Source: a virus. Taken from it: a stretch of 50,989 nucleotides of DNA. Shown piece after piece: positions 44,047 through 50,156 of the stretch. Position numbers and translations under genes: made by a program. The stretch spans positions 1-50,989 of IMG/VR virus record IMGVR_UViG_3300022744_000039, one strand, 5' to 3'. The number at the start of each line of letters is the position of its first letter. Position 1 is the first letter of the stretch. The notes beneath the pieces are model-generated. The model was given only the letters and a program-made list of their open reading frames with translations, made no database searches and was not told the DNA's origin.

Positions 44047-45208
44047 TGATAATCACCTTAAGTCCTTTAGCACCTGTGCCTGCCGTATCAATATCGAACG
44101 TAATTTCAGAATCATCAGCGAGGCTAGAGTCAGAGAGGACATAGCCAGTAGCCGCCGTAGTTGATGTTTTCTCATTTGCATCGATTGTCAGCTTAGTTGA
44201 AAGAATAGACGACCCGCCTTCGTTGATGTCGACCGTTACGACACCGCTAGACGACACAGTATTGATTGAGGCCCTTACGTCTGTTACTGTGAACGCATAG
44301 GGCATCCGCATCGTAACCTTTGCGGTACCTGTTGTGATCGCCGTGGTCTCATCGCTCAGGGCAACAATAAAAGACTCGACTGATTTAATGTTGGTCGGAT
44401 CGGTAATATTAGAGGCGACGTGTGTATGGCTCGAAGCAGCGTAGTCGGTATGTGCATGAGTCGCTGCCGTACCAAGGGCCAAGGCTGTTCGTCCGGCGGA
44501 CTCATCGACCGCTGTCAAAACGGCCTTACCAACTGTTGTCGCATTTGAGATATCGTTAGCGACATGCGTATGAGTCGCCAAAGCGTAATCTGTGTGTGCA
44601 TGAGTAGCCGCCGTCCCGAGCCCTAGGTTCGTCCGGGATGTAGCAGCATTGGACACGTCGCTAAGGTTGTTCGTCGAGATAAGATCACCAGACCCAGCAC
44701 CTGCTGCACCAGTGGCTCCACGGATGTCCACAGCGCTGGCTAGGGTAGCCGTAAGCCCGGAGGCAGAGACATAAAGACCAGTAGTAGGTTTAGTCCCGGT
44801 GCCCCCTGTGTAATCCGAGACCTGCAACACCCGGCGGGTGCCGTCAGAGACAACAGAAAAGACCGGTACCCAGCCATCAGAGCCGTTAGCACCAGTGCCC
44901 CCTGTAGCACCAGCAGGGCCGGTAGGCCCAGGTTCCCCTTGAGGACCAGTAGGACCGATAGGACCGACAACACCAGTAACAGCGACCGAATCAACGTAAG
45001 CCTTGGTAGCGGCGTCTTGAGGGTCGGACGGATCAGTTACATTGATGATCCTGTGGTCTCCCATGTCGAGATTGGCACCCATATCGTTGGGAGTAGTACC
45101 GTCACGACTGAGGGTGTTCTCAAGGGCGTCTTGAATGTCATTAAAGTTTTCATTCAAGGTTTCGGTAGACCGATAGCCCGAGAGCAATTCAGACAAAGAA
45201 AGTTTCAA
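44030..45208 (-). CDS. Tail fibre protein (392 aa) with a collagen-like segment and the shared N-terminal module
   Basis: TTG start preceded by AGGAG. It has 11 consecutive G-X-Y triplets and a duplicated LGLGTAATHAHTDYA..HTHVA motif. Confidence 0.65.
   Translation of the reverse strand: MKLSLSELLSGYRSTETLNENFNDIQDALENTLSRDGTTPNDMGANLDMGDHRIINVTDPSDPQDAATKAYVDSVAVTGVVGPIGPTGPQGEPGPTGPAGATGGTGANGSDGWVPVFSVVSDGTRRVLQVSDYTGGTGTKPTTGLYVSASGLTATLASAVDIRGATGAAGAGSGDLISTNNLSDVSNAATSRTNLGLGTAATHAHTDYALATHTHVANDISNATTVGKAVLTAVDESAGRTALALGTAATHAHTDYAASSHTHVASNITDPTNIKSVESFIVALSDETTAITTGTAKVTMRMPYAFTVTDVRASINTVSSSGVVTVDINEGGSSILSTKLTIDANEKTSTTAATGYVLSDSSLADDSEITFDIDTAGTGAKGLKVIIIGHRT
44873..44974 (-). 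repeat. Collagen-like (Gly-X-Y)x11 coding repeat
   Basis: GVVGPIGPTGPQGEPGPTGPAGATGGTGANGSDG, residues 79-112 of the 392-aa protein. Confidence 0.85.
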
Positions 45209-45330
45209 AAAGGACTCCTATAGAGTGTAGCTATGGTAATATGTCTATAGACCCTATGTGTAGTAGAAGACCTATCGGTCTGACTGACTAACGAACTGAT
45301 CATAGAATATGGCCGGACATTCTCTGCACA

Positions 45331-45358
45331 TTGAGATGTATTCATCGACATCTAATAT
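45331..45358 (+). promoter_or_regulatory. Candidate rightward sigma70-like promoter TTGAGA-N16-TAATAT
   Basis: -35 at 45331..45336 and -10 at 45353..45358. It faces the leftward promoter, with 4 bp between the two -10 hexamers. Confidence 0.35.
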
Positions 45359-45362
45359 TTCG

Positions 45363-45391
45363 ATTATATCATATTTTGAAACCAAAGTCAA
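45363..45391 (-). promoter_or_regulatory. Leftward sigma70 promoter TTGACT-N17-TATAAT for the structural arm
   Basis: The reverse complement of 45361..45400 reads ggggTTGACTttggtttcaaaatatgaTATAATcg. It lies about 150 nt upstream of the first minus-strand gene. Confidence 0.6.
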
Positions 45392-45560
45392 CCCCTAAAG
45401 GATGGTATAGGGCGAGAAACATTAGCGTTCCTACTATGAAGGGATCAATCGGAGGTTACACAAGGCGATCCGTGAGAACCCCGGAATTTCTCCGAGAAAA
45501 TTTCTGGACGTGATATGCATAGAGAAGGCACCCCCATGCCCCCGGTGCCACCCCTTCATG

Positions 45561-45573
45561 TGTAACCGTTACA
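45561..45573. promoter_or_regulatory. Palindromic operator-like site TGTAAC-C-GTTACA (copy 1)
   Basis: 6-N1-6 perfect inverted repeat. The identical 13-mer recurs 65 bp downstream. Confidence 0.45.
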
Positions 45574-45619
45574 ATTTCCCCCGCAGGGTTAATCCCTAGT
45601 AGAGAGGTAGGATTTAAAC

Positions 45620-45649
45620 GTGACTTGTAACCGTTACACCTTCCATACT
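45620..45649 (+). promoter_or_regulatory. Candidate rightward promoter GTGACT-N18-CATACT with operator copy 2 in its spacer
   Basis: It has the same -10 hexamer (CATACT) as the tRNA promoter, and the palindrome 45626..45638 fills the spacer. It lies about 150 nt upstream of the first early ORF. Confidence 0.3.
45626..45638. promoter_or_regulatory. Palindromic operator-like site TGTAAC-C-GTTACA (copy 2)
   Basis: Identical 13-mer to copy 1. A third half-site TGTAAC lies at 45744..45749. Confidence 0.45.
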
Positions 45650-45807
45650 CACAACCATATGACTTGACTAACCTAATCCCTATCAGTCCACCAGGAATTG
45701 ATCACACTTTCGTGATCCGTGTCGAATTCCCTTGAATTACACGTGTAACCTGGCCCAGCCCGGGGTCACCGGAAGCAACCGGCCAAGCAACGCAAGGGAT
45801 ACAGACA

Positions 45808-46029
45808 ATGTTCAAGCTGCAATTCTATAGCCGCCCTGACCTGATCGAAGGTACGAACGAGGCCTACGGTTACGACGGTTCAATGACGGTCGAGACTTTC
45901 GACCCTGCGGATATCCAAGAGTACTTGGACCGCATGGATTGTGTATTTGGGCCGTGCATTGTGATTGTTGCCCCTACTAAGGGACATCAACATCGGGCCT
46001 ACCACGTTACTCGCAAATACAACTATTAA
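45808..46029 (+). CDS. Early hypothetical protein (73 aa)
   Basis: It is the first ORF of the plus arm, with ATG preceded by AAGGGA. Confidence 0.5.
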   Translation: MFKLQFYSRPDLIEGTNEAYGYDGSMTVETFDPADIQEYLDRMDCVFGPCIVIVAPTKGHQHRAYHVTRKYNY

Positions 46030-46042
46030 GGAGGTTAGACTA

Positions 46043-46168
46043 ATGTTCAACAGCATTCGCCGCATCAACCTGGTTTACATCTGTAATCCTGGCCCGATGT
46101 CAACTCACAATATTGTGATACAGGCCGGCACGATGTGGAGGGTTGACAGACGATCTATCATCATCTAG
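46043..46168 (+). CDS. Early small protein (41 aa)
   Basis: ATG 46043 is preceded by a strong AAGGAGG 8 nt upstream. The product is MFNSIRRINLVYICNPGPMSTHNIVIQAGTMWRVDRRSIII. Confidence 0.45.
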   Translation: MFNSIRRINLVYICNPGPMSTHNIVIQAGTMWRVDRRSIII

Positions 46169-46316
46169 TCGCGCGCGCTTTCCTTCCCCTTCGCGGAATA
46201 GGTCTGCAAAAACGCAGAGCCGTTCTGCAAAATTGCCTATCGACATTCCCGGTTGCGGTCACTAGCTTAGGGCTAGGTCAGGCATCCGGCTTGGCCGTTT
46301 GGGGAAGGTCCCTCCG

Positions 46317-46607
46317 ATGCGTCTCGGTAAGCGCGAAAGGGCGAAGGTTCAGGAGAACGAAAGGGCGATGGCCCTTGGCGTTCCCTTCGAACGTACGACC
46401 CTGCGCCTCTCAACCGACGGCAAGCATGGCGTGGGCCAAGGCAAGGCGTATCTGCAAGGGACGCATACGCAGGGCTTCCGCGCGCCGCAAGGTGACGGTC
46501 GAGCCTACGGCCAAGCGGTCACACTCGGGGCGGGTCCGAACAATTCGCGCATGGGGCGCATGGGTACCGCATTCGACGGTATCGCGTGCCGCATAGCGCG
46601 CAAGTAA
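46317..46607 (+). CDS. Doubtful ORF (96 aa, Gly/Arg-rich) in the GC-rich leader
   Basis: ATG with GGGGAAGG 8 nt upstream, and third codon positions mostly G/C. The product is low-complexity, and another frame and the antisense strand are also open here, as expected for GC-rich non-coding DNA. Confidence 0.3.
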   Translation: MRLGKRERAKVQENERAMALGVPFERTTLRLSTDGKHGVGQGKAYLQGTHTQGFRAPQGDGRAYGQAVTLGAGPNNSRMGRMGTAFDGIACRIARK

Positions 46608-46720
46608 CCGCGTCTTATCGGCCGGGCGATCATTCCCGGATAGGTGGCCCTAGGGGCTTTTCGTGCGCCGTTCGCAAGTCGGTTCACGATCGGTTCCGTT
46701 AGTGGTGAGAGGGTGTGACG

Positions 46721-46770
46721 CACCCGAACCCTACGTGTCTAAGGTCAACGGTTGACACCCGAACCTTACG
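46721..46770. promoter_or_regulatory. Direct repeat - palindrome - direct repeat element (CACCCGAACCnTACG / GTCAAC-G-GTTGAC / CACCCGAACCnTACG)
   Basis: The 15-nt direct repeats lie at 46721..46735 and 46756..46770 and flank the 13-nt palindrome at 46744..46756. The palindrome has the same AAC-N-GTT core as the 455xx operators. Confidence 0.4.
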
Positions 46771-46989
46771 CGACGCATCCCGCAAGGCGGACGCATACCT
46801 TTAATGTATGCCGCCTAACCTTGCCTGCCTGAAAGGGACGGGGGATGCACTCTGAACCTGCTAGTTAATCGCTAGCAGTTAGGCGGAGCACGCCCACAAA
46901 ATGTCAACAAAACCTGGCCCTACGGTGCGGACTGTCGTTCCGTCTAACTCCTAGCGATTATGCTAGGGGAACCTGAAAGGTCATACGCT

Positions 46990-47613
46990 ATGTCTAACAA
47001 GCTGAAGCTGGCGGCGGGTGCGACCATTGACAAGGCTATTGAGGCCATCGTCAAGGCGTCGGCGTCGCTGGGTCCGGACATCCACAAGTGGGGTGTTCAG
47101 GCGATGATGCACGCTGCTGAACACGGTGATGCACGCAAGGTGGACCGTCTGTTCAAGGGGCTTCACGGGGCCAATGCGCCGGAGGCGTTCAAGGATTGGG
47201 TTATGGAATACTCGCCCATCCGCTGGAACGGTGACGGTGAGGTCGGCATTCTGAAGTCCACGGCCAAGCTGTTCAAGCCCTTCAACATCGAAGGCGCGAA
47301 CGGCAACCCCTACTGGAACCGCATCGCGGTGCAGAAGCAACCCCTCACCCTTGATAAGCTGTTGAAGCTGATCTCGGGAATGTCGAAGAAGATCGACAAG
47401 GCGGAAGCTGACGACCTGATCGCGCCCGGTGAGAGCCTGGCCACCATGCGTCTGCTCGCGACTCGGACCCTTGCTGCGGCGGAGGGCGCTATTCGGGAAG
47501 CGGCGGAACTCCAGAAGAAGATCGACGCTGAGGCGCTGGCGGCGAATGCCAACCCTCCGCGCCGTCGTCGTCAGCGTACCCCTGAGGCGCTGCCCGAGAC
47601 TGTTGCCGCCTAA
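46990..47613 (+). CDS. Hypothetical protein (207 aa), GC-rich island
   Basis: ATG 46990 with GAAAGG upstream and strongly G/C-biased third codon positions. The C-terminus is basic (PPRRRRQRTPE). No motif recognised. Confidence 0.65.
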   Translation: MSNKLKLAAGATIDKAIEAIVKASASLGPDIHKWGVQAMMHAAEHGDARKVDRLFKGLHGANAPEAFKDWVMEYSPIRWNGDGEVGILKSTAKLFKPFNIEGANGNPYWNRIAVQKQPLTLDKLLKLISGMSKKIDKAEADDLIAPGESLATMRLLATRTLAAAEGAIREAAELQKKIDAEALAANANPPRRRRQRTPEALPETVAA

Positions 47614-47723
47614 GGTGGCGTACCCCTCTACCCCGTACCGGCTATTGTCGTGTCCATAGATATATGGGGCGTGGTCGCTACTATGGCGAGGCGACCATCT
47701 ATCATCAACGCTAGGTGAGGCAT

Positions 47724-47909
47724 ATGTGGCTGTTGTCTATGCTTGAACCAAGATCGCCCTATAGGGCTCATGAGTACACAATGCGTGTGCTGGCCCTTGA
47801 GGCGGCATTGGCACATGACAACCCCTATCGGCGTGATTCGTTCGAATGGGGACAGAAGCCGTCGCCTTATCGTCTGTGGGGAATGTCGGAGGTCTGGGCT
47901 CATGAGTGA
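47724..47909 (+). CDS. Hypothetical protein (61 aa)
   Basis: ATG after AGGTGAGG. Its stop overlaps the next start (ATGAGTGA). Confidence 0.4.
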   Translation: MWLLSMLEPRSPYRAHEYTMRVLALEAALAHDNPYRRDSFEWGQKPSPYRLWGMSEVWAHE

Positions 47910-48063
47910 CTTTGCGACGCTTCTGGCTGAGGCTCGTCAGATGCAACTGACAGTGCGTCGGTTACTGAAAGCTGATCCGAACAACATCAAGCGTCGGGAG
48001 GCTTTGGTCTCTTACGACCGTAAGGTTATGGACCTGCTCGACCGTGGAGCCAGGTTCCGTTAA
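47902..48063 (+). CDS. Hypothetical protein (53 aa)
   Basis: MSDFATLLAEARQMQL... The upstream part of the track ORF is an out-of-context extension. Confidence 0.45.
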   Translation: MSDFATLLAEARQMQLTVRRLLKADPNNIKRREALVSYDRKVMDLLDRGARFR

Positions 48064-48083
48064 TTTCATTCTGGAGAACGATC

Positions 48084-48254
48084 ATGAACACGCAAACTAA
48101 TCCAAAGATCGGTGTTGAGGTTGCTGAGAACGGCACTTTTCGTGCGTCGCTGCGTCATCCTGTGACGAATGAGCTGCTGCGCCTGTGTGACAAGCGCCAG
48201 AGCTACGGTGAAGCGTTCGAGCAGGCGCACAAGATGGCGATGGGGGAAGCATGA
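48084..48254 (+). CDS. Hypothetical protein (56 aa), not in the ORF track
   Basis: ATG 48084 with GGAGAA upstream. The product is MNTQTNPKIGVEVAENGTFRASLRHPVTNELLRLCDKRQSYGEAFEQAHKMAMGEA. An ATGA overlap couples it to the next gene. Confidence 0.45.
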   Translation: MNTQTNPKIGVEVAENGTFRASLRHPVTNELLRLCDKRQSYGEAFEQAHKMAMGEA

Positions 48255-48736
48255 CCACCCGCCCTGCGGAGGTCCGGAGCATGGCTGACGATCTGATTGA
48301 GAGGGAAAAGCTGAAGGCGGACGCCGGTCTGGCCCATGTGCCGACTGACTTGACCTACGAGTTGCGGATGGGCGTGGCTGGAGAGGGGGCGCGCGCCTAC
48401 GACTGGAAGGATAAGCCCCATCGCCTCGTCTATGACGCGTGCCGGGAGATAGAGCACCAAGCCGACCGCATCCGCGAACTGGAGGCGGAGCGGGATGAGT
48501 GGAAGTCGGCGAGCGAAAGCATCCTGTCGGATCAGGCCGAACTTGGCCGCATCCTGCAAGATCGCATCGACCAGTTGACCGTGGAGCGCAACGGCTTTGA
48601 GCGCCTCGCACGCACCGCAGAGTCCCGTCTCGCGGAGGCTGTGGTGGCGTTGGAGCGGATCGACGACGAAGCCATGGACTGGATTTCCAGTCAGATCGCC
48701 CGCCAAACCCTGTCCCGTATCCAGGAGAGAAACTGA
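48251..48736 (+). CDS. Hypothetical coiled-coil protein (161 aa), GC-rich island
   Basis: Third codon positions are strongly G/C-biased and the central part is a heptad-like E/R/L-rich helix. Confidence 0.65.
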   Translation: MTTRPAEVRSMADDLIEREKLKADAGLAHVPTDLTYELRMGVAGEGARAYDWKDKPHRLVYDACREIEHQADRIRELEAERDEWKSASESILSDQAELGRILQDRIDQLTVERNGFERLARTAESRLAEAVVALERIDDEAMDWISSQIARQTLSRIQERN

Positions 48737-48801
48737 TGAACGACTATTTCTATTGGTGGGCACACCTGCTCGGATCACTAGAGGAGATTGGATTCCGATG
48801 A
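48736..48801 (+). CDS. Possible micro-ORF (21 aa) bridging two genes
   Basis: TGATG start overlap and ATGA stop overlap. The product is MNDYFYWWAHLLGSLEEIGFR. Confidence 0.25.
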   Translation: MNDYFYWWAHLLGSLEEIGFR

Positions 48802-48974
48802 ACCAACTTCATTGGCAGAGTTTTCACCAGATGTGGGTTGTTCTGTCTGTATTGAGTCTCTTTGGTGTCCACGGATGGTTCATGTTTGGACATCCGATCA
48901 AAGGGGTCATCCACGTCATCACCGGTCTATCAGTTATTTCGGCGTATGCTCTGATCTACGGTTTTGGGACTTGA
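48798..48974 (+). CDS. Small membrane protein (58 aa, two hydrophobic segments)
   Basis: MNQLHWQSFHQMWVVLSVLSLFGVHGWFMF...VIHVITGLSVISAYALIYGFGT. Confidence 0.5.
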   Translation: MNQLHWQSFHQMWVVLSVLSLFGVHGWFMFGHPIKGVIHVITGLSVISAYALIYGFGT

Positions 48975-48999
48975 CAAATAGCAATTCATGCTGTATCCT
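48971..48999 (+). promoter_or_regulatory. Sigma70-like promoter TTGACA-N17-TATCCT upstream of the paralog/cassette operon
   Basis: A perfect -35 at 48971..48976, a 17-nt spacer and -10 TATCCT at 48994..48999. It lies about 33 nt upstream of ATG 49032. Confidence 0.45.
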
Positions 49000-49031
49000 A
49001 TCCTTTGGATGCGGCCAGGAAAGGGAATACC

Positions 49032-49544
49032 ATGTTTACTGTTGGACAAGAGGTCATCTGTATCAACGCCCAAGGGTCTCAGACTCTTGTTGTCGGTGAT
49101 GCTTACACTGTTTCCGAGGTGACTCCGAATGGGTCGGCCATCAAGATTGACGATCTATCATCGCGGTTCCGGGCTGATCGCTTCCAAGATGTTGATGAAT
49201 ACGATGCAGAAGAAGAAGAAGCCGCTGCTCTGGACAGTGAGCCCTATGATTGGGAAGAATTCCACGGGTGCTGCGGTGTCGCTGATGTGTTCTTTGGAAA
49301 CGAACCTGTTGTGCGCTTGGCACGTCTCCATGTGACGGAACGAAATCTGAGCGACTTCGGTATGCTGCTGAGCGTCGTCACTACGGATCAACTCACTGAG
49401 GCTACACAGAAAGCGTTTGATGACGCAGGCTGGGAAAAGGTCGGTGTGTCAGGCAATCGTCACCAAAACACTCAGCTTCATCTTTTCCGTAAGATTCTGA
49501 AGCCGGTGGCCGAGACTGTCGTCGAAGAAGAACGGAGGTTCTAA
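49032..49544 (+). CDS. Paralog family member 1 (170 aa), unknown function, GCCG motif
   Basis: MFTVGQEV..., RADRF, PYDWEEFHGCCGVADVFFG and AGWEKVGVSGNRH. It aligns along its whole length with the next gene. Confidence 0.65.
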   Translation: MFTVGQEVICINAQGSQTLVVGDAYTVSEVTPNGSAIKIDDLSSRFRADRFQDVDEYDAEEEEAAALDSEPYDWEEFHGCCGVADVFFGNEPVVRLARLHVTERNLSDFGMLLSVVTTDQLTEATQKAFDDAGWEKVGVSGNRHQNTQLHLFRKILKPVAETVVEEERRF

Positions 49545-50041
49545 TGTTTCAAGTCGGACAAACTGTCTATTCCGTTAACACTCGTTACGGATGTCGATAT
49601 CGTTACGGCCAAGCTACTACTGTATGCGGTGTTCGTGGGGATTACGTTCTAGCTGGAGGGTACTGGCACCGAGCTGATCGCTTCTCGGCTACACAGCCTA
49701 AAAATCTTCCGAATGCGGTACCGTATGACATTCAAGGATTCTACGGATGTTGCGGAGCCTGTATCGTCTATTTCGGGGGTGTAGTAGGAACCAAAGTCGA
49801 CCCTGAACGACTGGAAGCCACCGATAATAGGGCTCGGAGTTTGGGCTATGGGACGATGGTCGGAATTCTGAACTATTTGCAGGAGAAACGGAACGGTGAA
49901 ATCCTCCGGAAAGCAGGCTGGCAAAGAGTTGGCGTTTCAGCGTCGCGCTATGGGGCAACCACACCGCTTTATACCTACCACAAAGCAATCAAAGAGGCCC
50001 ACAGTGGATCAATCGTCGAAGTCGCAAGGTCTTTCGCCTAA
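49544..50041 (+). CDS. Paralog family member 2 (165 aa)
   Basis: MFQVGQTV..., RADRF, PYDIQGFYGCCGACIVYFG and AGWQRVGVSASRY. A TAATG overlap couples it to member 1. Confidence 0.65.
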   Translation: MFQVGQTVYSVNTRYGCRYRYGQATTVCGVRGDYVLAGGYWHRADRFSATQPKNLPNAVPYDIQGFYGCCGACIVYFGGVVGTKVDPERLEATDNRARSLGYGTMVGILNYLQEKRNGEILRKAGWQRVGVSASRYGATTPLYTYHKAIKEAHSGSIVEVARSFA

Positions 50042-50156
50042 TCCGCGCTACGGATGTGAGGTCGCTCCCGACCCGAATTTCCCGAATATTCGTCGGCGTC
50101 AAGGACGTTATATAGGCCAGTACGAGTACTACGAAGCGTACCAATACGGCGTTTGG

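Noticed and set aside
45331-45513. 60-aa ORF in the control region
   Set aside because: It starts at a TTG that I interpret as a -35 element, has no RBS, gives a basic junk-like product and overlaps promoter and operator elements.
46291-46596. Alternative-frame 101-aa ORF, and the antisense ORF 46505..46723, in the GC-rich leader
   Set aside because: The products are Arg/Ala/Ser-rich low-complexity sequence without a ribosome-binding site. Only the 46317 frame has an RBS, and even that one is reported at low confidence.
48066-48778. Minus-strand ORFs of 181 and 191 aa in the GC-rich island
   Set aside because: GC-rich DNA keeps antisense frames open. The plus-strand ORFs show strong G/C bias at third codon positions, ATGA/TGATG coupling and ribosome-binding sites. 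The minus products are P/R/S/A-rich.
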